The notes beneath the pieces are model-generated. The model had not been told where the DNA came from. It worked only from the letters and a program-made list of their open reading frames with translations, and did not search any database. The position numbers and the translations under genes are program-made. Positions 28,843 through 36,996 of a DNA stretch of 56,319 nt are shown here, one piece after another. The stretch covers positions 1-56,319 of IMG/VR virus record IMGVR_UViG_3300032290_000174. One strand, 5' to 3'. The stretch's first letter is position 1. Every line of letters starts with the position of its first letter. This DNA comes from a virus (taxonomy: Duplodnaviria > Caudoviricetes).

Positions 28843-29898
28843 ATGAGAGTAGCGATTATTACAGACCAGCACTTCGGTGCTAGGAATGACAGTACTGCCT
28901 TTTTAGATTTTTACGAGAGATTTTATAATGATACTTTCTTTCCCACTTTGGATTCTAATAATATTGAATCTGTTCTTATCCTTGGTGATACTTTTGATCG
29001 TCGCAAATATGTAAATTTTTATTCGTTAGATCGTGCCAAAAAAATGTTCTTTGATAAACTTGAAGAGCGTGGTATTAAAGTGTTTATGATTGCAGGTAAT
29101 CATGATACATATTTTAAAAATACAAACGAAGTAAATTCTCCTGAGTTGTTGTTAGCAGAGTATACAAATATACACCTGATTAATAATGCGCAAGATATAC
29201 TCGTTCATGACACCCCAATTTGTTTCGTGCCATGGATCTGTCCTGATAATTATGAGGAAAGTATTGAAACAATAAACGCCAGCAAAGCTGAAATGTGCAT
29301 GGGGCATTTTGAGATTGCTGGTTTCGCAATGTATAGAGGAATGGAAAGTCATGAAGGTCTTTCTAAAGATTTGTTTAAAAGGTTTGATATGGTTTTCAGT
29401 GGTCACTACCATCATCGTAGCGACGATGGTCACATATATTATCTGGGAAATCCATACGAACTTACATGGCAAGACTATAACGATCCCCGAGGATTTCACT
29501 TGTTCGATTTACAAACAAGACAGCTCGAGTTCATCAGAAATCCTAATACGATGTTCGAGAGAGTTGAATACGACGACTCCCTCATCGATCCCTCAGTTGC
29601 CGATTACACGCATCTAAGTAACAAATATGTAAAGATTGTTGTTGTTAACAAGAATGACTTTTATAAATTTGACAAATTCATAACTAAAGTTTATAATGTT
29701 AATCCATATGAAGTAAAAATTATTGAAGATTTTTCTGAATTCAGTGAGGGTGAGATTGACTCTGACATAAATTTGGAAGATACATTGGATGTACTATCCA
29801 ATTATATTGATTCAGTTGAGACTGATCTTGATAAAGATCGTGTTAAAACATTTATGAAATCTCTTTATACGGAAGCAATAAACTTAGAGGTAGAATGA
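28843..29898 (+). CDS. gp47: Recombination nuclease gp47 (Mre11/SbcD-like)
   Basis: Metallophosphoesterase motifs TDQHFG, LGDTFD, GNHD, SGHYH. Confidence 0.96.
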   Translation: MRVAIITDQHFGARNDSTAFLDFYERFYNDTFFPTLDSNNIESVLILGDTFDRRKYVNFYSLDRAKKMFFDKLEERGIKVFMIAGNHDTYFKNTNEVNSPELLLAEYTNIHLINNAQDILVHDTPICFVPWICPDNYEESIETINASKAEMCMGHFEIAGFAMYRGMESHEGLSKDLFKRFDMVFSGHYHHRSDDGHIYYLGNPYELTWQDYNDPRGFHLFDLQTRQLEFIRNPNTMFERVEYDDSLIDPSVADYTHLSNKYVKIVVVNKNDFYKFDKFITKVYNVNPYEVKIIEDFSEFSEGEIDSDINLEDTLDVLSNYIDSVETDLDKDRVKTFMKSLYTEAINLEVE

Positions 29899-30209
29899 TG
29901 CAACAACTTAACATAGAATATTTCTTTCCGCTTACGGAACAGATTAATCTTGACTTAGATTTTACGCTAACCGAAAAGTATATTTTGGATAAGCGAGCTG
30001 AGCAAATAAAAAATTCTGTTACTAGTGGAATGGTATTGTCTGTTGGTAATGGTGGTACTACTTGGACTACTATCTCTAACAACCTTGGTAACCCATCCTT
30101 TACTATTAATGTTGATGCGATGCCAATTACTATTGTGTCTAAAAAGAAACCCAACTTTATTATGAAATTCATTTATAAATCGTTGGGTATGAAATGGAAG
30201 AGTGAATGA
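29895..30209 (+). CDS. Hypothetical protein inserted between gp47 and gp46
   Basis: Overlaps both neighbours (ATGA junctions); AGAGG RBS. Confidence 0.65.
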   Translation: MMQQLNIEYFFPLTEQINLDLDFTLTEKYILDKRAEQIKNSVTSGMVLSVGNGGTTWTTISNNLGNPSFTINVDAMPITIVSKKKPNFIMKFIYKSLGMKWKSE

Positions 30210-31918
30210 TTTTATTTAAAAAGTTGTCTTGGAAAAACTTCTTATCAACTGGTAACCAACCTAATACTGTATTACTAAACAAATCAACTACTACTCTCAT
30301 CATAGGTAAAAATGGTGAGGGTAAGTCCACGATTCTAGATGCTCTGTGTTTTGCTTTGTTTGGTAAACCATTTAGAAATATTAACAAGAATCAAATGATT
30401 AACTCTATCAACGGCAAGAATGCTTTGGTTGAGATTGAATTTTCTATTGGGCAAAAAGAATATAAAATTGTCCGTGGTATTAAACCAAATGTGTTTGAAA
30501 TCTGGTTAGATGGTGAGATGGTAAACCAAGATGCTGCATCTAAAGATTACCAAAAGATTCTTGAACAACAAATACTCAGATTAAACTATAAGACATTTAC
30601 TCAGGTAGTTATCTTGGGTTCTGCATCGTTTGTTCCATTTATGCAATTAACGAATGCTCAGCGTAGAGAAGTCATTGAAGACATTCTTGATATTAAGATT
30701 TTCTCTACTATGAATCAATTATTGAAAGAGAAACAAAATGCTACGAAGGATGAAATCGTCAGAGTTGAATCAGAACTCTCGCTTGCAAAGCAAAGGGTGG
30801 AGTCACAAAATGCAATCATCAAGACGCTATCGACTGCTAAGGAAGAAAGCATTAATGCGATACTGGCAAAGATTACGAACAATGAGGAGACAATCCGAAC
30901 TACAAACATTCTCGTCTCCAATCTTAGCAATGAGATCTCGGAACTTAGGGAGAAAATTTCAACAAGAGATGAGTTGGATTCGGACATCGAAAAAGCAAAA
31001 CACCTCCGATCAAAACTCTCAAGTAAAATTGAAGAGTGTGAACACAATAAAGTTTTCTTCGACGAGAACCATGTCTGTCCGAGCTGCACCCAAGAAATTA
31101 CTGAAGACCATAAGGTCAAAGTCTTGGGAGAAATTCATAACAGAATCTCTGAAGATAATAAAAAGGTCAAGGAACTCGAGTCTGCCCTCAGTAAACTCCA
31201 AACACAACTACAGCAGGTTACTGAAATTACAGTACAGATTGCTGAAAAAACGATTGAACTCTCTACGCACAATTCCGCCATCACTATTTTAAATAGACAA
31301 AATGCAGAAATGCATACTGAGATTGAAACAAGTAAAACTGATAGCACAAATATTAATGAAGAAAAACAAAAGTTAAAACAGTTGGCTCAAGAAGCATTGG
31401 CAAATATTACTCGTAAAAATGAATTAGATTCTGAGAAAGAATTGTTTGATGTGTCTGGTATCTTGTTAAGAGACACTGGTATTAAGACTGCTATTATTCG
31501 TGAGTATTTACCTGTTATGAACAAATTGATTAATCAATATTTGAATCAGATGGATTCGTATATTCACTTTGAATTAGATGAGTCGTTTAATGAAACAATT
31601 AAATCTAGATTTCGTGATGAGTTTACCTATGCAAGTTTCTCTGAGGGTGAGAAAATGCGTATTGACTTGGCTATATTATTTACTTGGCGTCAGATTGCCA
31701 AACTAAAGAACTCAGTCAATACAAACCTATTAATGCTTGACGAGATCTTTGATTCATCATTGGATGTGAACGGAACAGATTACTTCCTCAATTTAATGAA
31801 CACACTGGGCGAACATTCCAGCGTTTTCGTTATTTCGCACAAAGGCGACCAGCTGTTTGACAAGTTCAGGTCGGTTATTAAGTTCGAAAAACGGAACGAT
31901 TTCTCGGTTATTGTATAG
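30206..31918 (+). CDS. gp46: Recombination ATPase gp46 (Rad50/SbcC-like)
   Basis: GKNGEGKST, zinc hook CPSC, FSEGEKMRIDLA signature, LDEIFD, ISH. Confidence 0.96.
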   Translation: MILFKKLSWKNFLSTGNQPNTVLLNKSTTTLIIGKNGEGKSTILDALCFALFGKPFRNINKNQMINSINGKNALVEIEFSIGQKEYKIVRGIKPNVFEIWLDGEMVNQDAASKDYQKILEQQILRLNYKTFTQVVILGSASFVPFMQLTNAQRREVIEDILDIKIFSTMNQLLKEKQNATKDEIVRVESELSLAKQRVESQNAIIKTLSTAKEESINAILAKITNNEETIRTTNILVSNLSNEISELREKISTRDELDSDIEKAKHLRSKLSSKIEECEHNKVFFDENHVCPSCTQEITEDHKVKVLGEIHNRISEDNKKVKELESALSKLQTQLQQVTEITVQIAEKTIELSTHNSAITILNRQNAEMHTEIETSKTDSTNINEEKQKLKQLAQEALANITRKNELDSEKELFDVSGILLRDTGIKTAIIREYLPVMNKLINQYLNQMDSYIHFELDESFNETIKSRFRDEFTYASFSEGEKMRIDLAILFTWRQIAKLKNSVNTNLLMLDEIFDSSLDVNGTDYFLNLMNTLGEHSSVFVISHKGDQLFDKFRSVIKFEKRNDFSVIV

Positions 31919-31935
31919 CCCTACACCCTGTAGGG
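31919..31935. repeat. Palindrome CCCTACA-N3-TGTAGGG, copy 1
   Basis: Perfect 7-bp inverted repeat right after the gp46 stop; second copy at 34189. Confidence 0.85.
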
Positions 31936-31974
31936 TCTTTGCAAGCCTTATGCAGTAAGGATGCAAAATAATGC

Positions 31975-32003
31975 TTGCTTTTAATTCATAAATAGCGTAT
32001 AAT
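31975..32003 (+). promoter_or_regulatory. Sigma70-type early promoter
   Basis: TTGCTT-17 bp-TATAAT preceded by TGCAAAATAATGC. Confidence 0.8.
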
Positions 32004-32028
32004 AACTCTATAACTTGGAGATTATTAT

Positions 32029-34182
32029 ATGATGAATTCTAAAGACCTGCTGGCTCGACTATTGGCAAACGAAAACTTGAATGTTATTCGAGCCAATGTA
32101 GGAACAGCATCCTTTGAAAGTGTTACTAGAACACTTACCCTCCCAATGTGGAAAGATATGACTAACGATGTTGAGGAAATGCTCATCGGTCACGAAGTTG
32201 GTCATGCCCTTTACACCACAACTGAACATATGGAAGAATCAGACTTCCGTGCAATCCAAGGCTACATGAATGTAGTTGAAGATGTTCGTATCGAAAAGAA
32301 AATCAAAAACAAATATCCAGGTCTGCGTAAAGCATTCATTACTGCATACAAAGAACTCAACGATAAAGACTTCTTTGGTGTCCAAGGTAAAGACCTTTCT
32401 AATCTTCTTCTGATTGACCGCATCAACTTATACTACAAGTGTGGTATCAACTGTGGTGTTAGATTCTCCCCAGCTGAAATGGACTTTGTCCGTAGGGTTG
32501 ATCGTTGCGACAGCATGAACGATGTTTATAAATTGGCTCAAGAAATCTATGCTTTCTCCAAGGATGAGCGTGAAGCCAAGCGAGAAGAATTGAAGAAACT
32601 CCAAGAGTTGCTCGGTGAAGATCCACCTGAAGATATGGATGAGATCGATAATTATATGGACGATCCTGACGACTTCGACGACTACACACCTGAGGAAGAA
32701 TATGAAGACGAAGATATCGATACGAAGAAGCGTTCTTCCACCTCACAAACTGAGGAAGAAAAGAAAGTTGACAACGAAGACGAATTAGAAAAAGAATTAG
32801 AATCAGTTACACAGACTGCATTCAATAAGCGTCTTGATGAGTTGGCTGATACTGATACTATTGTGCAAAACTTCAAACCAGTGTTGGAACTGTGGCATAA
32901 TCCTGTTATTTCAACCAAGACAGTCTTGTCTGAATTGAAATCAGAATTGGCTAAAACACGAGAATATCGTGCTCAGAATTACAGCCAAGAGTGGGTTGAT
33001 ACATACTATGGCGAACGAAAAACTTCTTTGGCTAAGTTCAAAACTGACTCTATGCGTGTTGTGAATTATCTAGTAAAAGAATTTGAGATGCGCAAGTCAG
33101 CAACTGAATACAAGCGTATCACAACTGCTAAGTCAGGCGACCTCGATATGCGTAAGTTGTATGCTCATACTTTGACTGACGATATCTTTAAGAAATTGGA
33201 TATCTTGCCTGAAGATAAGAACCATGGTATGATTTTCTTGTTAGACTGGTCAGGTTCTATGCAACATGTCATGGGCGATACCATTAAACAGGTTATTAAT
33301 CTTGCTATGTTCTGCCAACGAATTCAAATCCCTTATCAGGTGTTCGCATTCTCAACTGGTTACAACGATGATAGCATTCCTTACGATGTTCGTAAAAAAC
33401 ATATCGAAAACCTTGACCAGAATTTCTCTGGCTTCCAAGATACCAACTGGAATTTATTTGAGTTCTTTAATCACAAAATGACCAACAGCGAATTTAATGC
33501 TATGGTTGAGTATCTCTATCTAGAACCATGGACATATTCCCGTGACTATGGTTTAAACTCAACTCCGCTTAATGAATCATTGTTGTATATGATTGATTAC
33601 ATTGGCAAGTTCAACAAACAACATAATGTTGAGAAGATGTCATTTGTTACTTTGACTGATGGTGCAGGTCACTCTGTTTCTGGTGCGACAAAACAAGTTA
33701 GAAGTCGCACTTATAACGATGATCATAAACAAGTTAATGTTAAGAATTATATTCGTGATCCGCTTACTAAGAAAGAATATGCATTGAGCGATAATGGTTC
33801 AGAGCAAACTCGTACTTTCTTGCGAATCATTAAAGATCGTTACAATATTAAGACTGTTGGTTTCCATGTTGTCAACAACAGTCGTCGCGATATTGGTTGC
33901 TTCATTCGCGATAACTTACCCAAAGAAACAACTACCAATGAATATTGGATGACTGAGCAGATTCGCAAGGATATTCGTCAAAACGATTATTGTATTATTG
34001 CAAATACAGGTCGTGACGAGATGTACCTGCTTCCAGCTTCTAAACAGAAGATCGTTGAGGGTGAGTTGGAGATCGATTCCAAAGCCAATGCAAAGTCCAT
34101 TGCCAAGCAGTTTAGTAAGTTCCTTGGTGTAAAGAAGTCCTCCAGAGTGGTTTTGAGTCGGTTTGTATCCCTTGTAGCCTAG
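32029..34182 (+). CDS. Zincin (HExxH) plus von Willebrand A domain protein (CobT-like partner of the MoxR ATPase)
   Basis: HEVGHALYT and NVVEDVRIE near the N-terminus, an acidic linker, then MIDAS motif LLDWSGSM, TPLNE and LTDG. Confidence 0.8.
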   Translation: MMNSKDLLARLLANENLNVIRANVGTASFESVTRTLTLPMWKDMTNDVEEMLIGHEVGHALYTTTEHMEESDFRAIQGYMNVVEDVRIEKKIKNKYPGLRKAFITAYKELNDKDFFGVQGKDLSNLLLIDRINLYYKCGINCGVRFSPAEMDFVRRVDRCDSMNDVYKLAQEIYAFSKDEREAKREELKKLQELLGEDPPEDMDEIDNYMDDPDDFDDYTPEEEYEDEDIDTKKRSSTSQTEEEKKVDNEDELEKELESVTQTAFNKRLDELADTDTIVQNFKPVLELWHNPVISTKTVLSELKSELAKTREYRAQNYSQEWVDTYYGERKTSLAKFKTDSMRVVNYLVKEFEMRKSATEYKRITTAKSGDLDMRKLYAHTLTDDIFKKLDILPEDKNHGMIFLLDWSGSMQHVMGDTIKQVINLAMFCQRIQIPYQVFAFSTGYNDDSIPYDVRKKHIENLDQNFSGFQDTNWNLFEFFNHKMTNSEFNAMVEYLYLEPWTYSRDYGLNSTPLNESLLYMIDYIGKFNKQHNVEKMSFVTLTDGAGHSVSGATKQVRSRTYNDDHKQVNVKNYIRDPLTKKEYALSDNGSEQTRTFLRIIKDRYNIKTVGFHVVNNSRRDIGCFIRDNLPKETTTNEYWMTEQIRKDIRQNDYCIIANTGRDEMYLLPASKQKIVEGELEIDSKANAKSIAKQFSKFLGVKKSSRVVLSRFVSLVA

Positions 34183-34188
34183 TAAATA

Positions 34189-34207
34189 CCCCTACAATCT
34201 GTAGGGG
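34189..34207. repeat. Palindrome CCCCTACA-N3-TGTAGGGG, copy 2
   Basis: Perfect 8-bp inverted repeat upstream of a consensus promoter. Confidence 0.85.
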
Positions 34208-34223
34208 ATTGCAAAAATAATGC

Positions 34224-34252
34224 TTGACATTTATTGCTAATTAGGGTATAAT
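34224..34252 (+). promoter_or_regulatory. Perfect-consensus sigma70 promoter
   Basis: TTGACA-17 bp-TATAAT preceded by TGCAAAAATAATGC. Confidence 0.9.
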
Positions 34253-34283
34253 ATATCTATGAACTTGAAAATGGAGCTATATT

Positions 34284-34439
34284 ATGTGGGATGAGTTTAG
34301 TGATAATGAATTGTATAATCTTTGTTTCGGTTATGGTATCGAAGCAGAGTGCGTGATGTTGGGTAGTCGTCTAATCAACCGAGAAGAAGTTGAGAGAATT
34401 CTAACCAATTTTGAACACGATCTTGCATTTAGTGCTTGA
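34284..34439 (+). CDS. Small early hypothetical protein (51 aa, MWDEFSDNELYNLC...)
   Basis: Read manually. GGAG RBS at 34273 and its own consensus promoter. Confidence 0.7.
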   Translation: MWDEFSDNELYNLCFGYGIEAECVMLGSRLINREEVERILTNFEHDLAFSA

Positions 34440-34464
34440 CATTAATTGCAAAATAGTGTATAAT
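34436..34464 (+). promoter_or_regulatory. Perfect-consensus sigma70 promoter for the AAA+ ATPase
   Basis: TTGACA-17 bp-TATAAT. Confidence 0.9.
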
Positions 34465-34489
34465 TATTCTATATTATGAAAGTGAGTGA

Positions 34490-35644
34490 ATGATGGCTGA
34501 TAGTTTATATGTTGCAGAATTTGAAAAGAATTTATTTGCAATGTTTCCCGATGTCCAAGCGACATCAACAGTTTCCCGTAAACAAATTCAAACTGTGATG
34601 GACAAAATGAAGTCCTCCAAGTATCCGACTTGGTTAATGCAAACTAAACTTGGTCGTGGTTTATATGCGATTCCTGGTGGTAGCGTGACAGCTCCAATCG
34701 TAGGTAATACAGCGTTGGCACCACAACAACCTGAAAGTGTGATTGTGGATTATACAAATTTAGATTCCCTTGTTCCTAAGTTAGATGGTAACTATGTTCC
34801 CTTTGGTAACTATAAAGACTTAGAACGAATTATTGGTTCTAAGCAATTTTACCCAACTTATATTTCTGGTCCAACTGGTAACGGCAAGTCCACCTCTATT
34901 GAGCAGATTTGTGCAAAGTTACAGCGACCATTGATTCGTGTAAACTTGAATAAGATGACTGACGAAGATCAGTTGATTGGTTCAAAAACACTGGTCGATG
35001 GTAATGTTCAAATCGTTGAGGGTCCAGTAATGATTGCGATGCGACTAGGTATTCCCCTGTTGCTCGATGAGATTGATGCTGGTGGTGCTAATACTTTGTT
35101 ATGTCTCCAGCCAATCTTAGAGGGCAAACCCTTTTACTTCAAACTGAAGAACGAGATGGTTTATCCAGCAACTGGTTTTAATATCTTCGCCACAGCCAAT
35201 ACCAAGGGTAAGGGTTCTGACGATGGTCGCTATATTGGTACCAATGTTTTGAACGAAGCATTTCTTGAGCGATTTGCCGTGACATTCAATCAGGAATATC
35301 CTGAAGCCAAAGTAGAAATTAAGATTGTTCAAAATCTTATGAAGAGTTTTAATTGTCTTGATGAAGAGTTCGCCAGCAACTTAGTTAAGTGGGCTGAAGC
35401 AATTCGCAGGACATTTGATGCTGGTGGTGTAGATGAAACAATTACTACTCGCCGACTGGTTCATATCGTTCGAGCATTCTCGATCTTTAAGAATCAGAAA
35501 AAAGCAATTGAGTTGTGTACGAATCGCTTTGACGACTCAACTCGCCTTGCCTTTGTTGACTTGTTTGACAAAGTATCTGCTGGTGAACTTCAAGTTGAAG
35601 AGCCAGCCCCTGTCGAAGCAACAACCGAAACTGTTACAATTTAA
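34490..35644 (+). CDS. cobS: MoxR/CobS-like AAA+ ATPase
   Basis: GPTGNGKS Walker A, LLLDEID Walker B, ATANTKGKG sensor, NEAFLERF arginine finger, TTRRL. Confidence 0.85.
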   Translation: MMADSLYVAEFEKNLFAMFPDVQATSTVSRKQIQTVMDKMKSSKYPTWLMQTKLGRGLYAIPGGSVTAPIVGNTALAPQQPESVIVDYTNLDSLVPKLDGNYVPFGNYKDLERIIGSKQFYPTYISGPTGNGKSTSIEQICAKLQRPLIRVNLNKMTDEDQLIGSKTLVDGNVQIVEGPVMIAMRLGIPLLLDEIDAGGANTLLCLQPILEGKPFYFKLKNEMVYPATGFNIFATANTKGKGSDDGRYIGTNVLNEAFLERFAVTFNQEYPEAKVEIKIVQNLMKSFNCLDEEFASNLVKWAEAIRRTFDAGGVDETITTRRLVHIVRAFSIFKNQKKAIELCTNRFDDSTRLAFVDLFDKVSAGELQVEEPAPVEATTETVTI

Positions 35645-35661
35645 TTGAGGAGTACTATACT

Positions 35662-36057
35662 ATGTTGAAATTTACAGATCTAACTAAATCACAGAAAAAC
35701 TTTATCGTTCGCACACTCGAGATTTTTCCTGAGTACTACAGCGAAAAGAATCTAACTGCTAAGCAAATTCATGCAGCATATTACAAGTTGAAGGATGATC
35801 GTTCTTCCACTGGTGAGAAGTTGGGTTATCCTAACTGGTTGCAAAATAAAAATCGTGTAGGTCGTGGCGAGTACAAGATGCCTTGGCCAACTGAGAGTGA
35901 ATTGAAATCAGTATCGCAAGTGAAGGTTCCAAAAGTTAAGGAAACTGAAGCAAGCAAACTGCAGAAAATTATTGACGAAAGTCCTGAGTTCGAAGTTGAG
36001 TCGCAGAGTGACGAAGACTTTATGAAAGAACTTCGCGACAACGGCATTAATGTTTAA
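35662..36057 (+). CDS. Hypothetical protein resembling the ATPase N-terminal domain
   Basis: KQI...YPNWL...GRGEY..P matches the ATPase's KQI...YPTWL...GRGLY..P; GAGGAG RBS. Confidence 0.7.
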   Translation: MLKFTDLTKSQKNFIVRTLEIFPEYYSEKNLTAKQIHAAYYKLKDDRSSTGEKLGYPNWLQNKNRVGRGEYKMPWPTESELKSVSQVKVPKVKETEASKLQKIIDESPEFEVESQSDEDFMKELRDNGINV

Positions 36058-36064
36058 TACGAAT

Positions 36065-36242
36065 TTGGTGTAGAAACTATACCAATGGTCTTACTGGAGG
36101 AATATCCGTGGCAGACCTTAAACAGCCAAAACAGCAGCAGTCTATTTTTGCTGATTACAGACTATAAAGAAAAATCAGCATAGTTTCTGGTCGGGGGTTT
36201 GGTTATATTGCCATCGCCATTCCCCTCTTTTTATTTGATGGC
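36065..36242 (+). ncRNA. Putative structured RNA/leader with tandem pseudoknots
   Basis: Multiple complementary segments found by eye (see findings); no ORF; lies upstream of the HTH gene. Confidence 0.5.
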
Positions 36243-36263
36243 TTTATTATGGAGTATTATTTT

Positions 36264-36524
36264 ATGTCTAAACAAGACTTGTTGTTGAAGCACTTGAGTG
36301 CTGGTAAAGAGTTTACCTCAAAGCAGATCTCTGCTTCTTTCGGTATTGCTCATCCAGCTTCTACCATCCGTAACTTGCGTGAGCAAGGTTATTGTGTTTA
36401 CTCAAACACAGCTACATTGAGCAATGGTTCAGTAGCTACTAAGTACCGTCTTGGTCGCCCAAGTCGCCGTATTGTTGCTCTCGCAGCAAAAGTGGCAGGT
36501 GCTGATGCATTCACTCGTGCTTAA
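36264..36524 (+). CDS. Winged-helix DNA-binding protein
   Basis: Start re-assigned to MSKQ after the GGAG RBS. FTSKQISASFGIAHPASTIRNLREQGY HTH pattern followed by a wing (KYRLG). Confidence 0.75.
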   Translation: MSKQDLLLKHLSAGKEFTSKQISASFGIAHPASTIRNLREQGYCVYSNTATLSNGSVATKYRLGRPSRRIVALAAKVAGADAFTRA

Positions 36525-36537
36525 TTAAGTGAGTTAT

Positions 36538-36565
36538 AAATGGGCATTCTTCGGAGTGCTCATTT
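36538..36565 (+). terminator. UUCG hairpin (terminator or processing stem)
   Basis: AAATGGGCATTC-TTCG-GAGTGCTCATTT; weak U tail. Confidence 0.6.
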
Positions 36566-36586
36566 GTCATTTCATTTGGAGAAAAT

Positions 36587-36928
36587 ATGGCGACCAAAGA
36601 AGATATTAAGAAGTCCCAAAATGCCACAACAGGTGGTAGGAAATTTGATGGTGGTAAATTACAATATGGTTTACTACCTCCATTGGCATTAAAAGCCACA
36701 GTAGAAATTCTAACATTTGGTGCGGAGAAATACGAACCAGATAATTGGAAACATGTTCCTGATTCAAAACGCAGGTACTTTGACGCAATGCAAAGACACC
36801 TTTGGGCATGGAAAGAGGGAGAGCAAAACGATCCCGAAACTGGCAAGAATCACTTGGCACATGCAATGTGTTGCCTGATGTTCTTATATGAACATGATGT
36901 GAAATATAGCAAAGATATTGAAAAATAA
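36587..36928 (+). CDS. dATP/dGTP diphosphohydrolase-like protein (DUF5664-type)
   Basis: GRKFDGGK..Y.LLP, FGAEKY..DNW, DAMQRHL..W..GE..DPETG..HLAHA.C..MFL. Confidence 0.8.
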   Translation: MATKEDIKKSQNATTGGRKFDGGKLQYGLLPPLALKATVEILTFGAEKYEPDNWKHVPDSKRRYFDAMQRHLWAWKEGEQNDPETGKNHLAHAMCCLMFLYEHDVKYSKDIEK

Positions 36929-36929
36929 T

Positions 36930-36958
36930 TTGACAAACACACACTTTAAGAGTAAAAT
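36930..36958 (+). promoter_or_regulatory. Sigma70-type promoter for the gp45 operon
   Basis: TTGACA-17 bp-TAAAAT. Confidence 0.75.
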
Positions 36959-36996
36959 TATTATACATAGTTATGAGTTCATTGAATGGAGAAAAT

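Noticed and set aside
34490-35644. Cobalamin biosynthesis (cobS) as an auxiliary metabolic gene
   Set aside because: No cobN or other cob genes, and the partner carries a zincin domain, so a generic MoxR-vWA function is more plausible.
36058-36248. tRNA or a named riboswitch/ribozyme (ZTP, SAM-II, preQ1, hammerhead, HDV-like)
   Set aside because: No cloverleaf or T-loop, and I could not match the conserved cores of these families by eye; left as an unassigned structured RNA.
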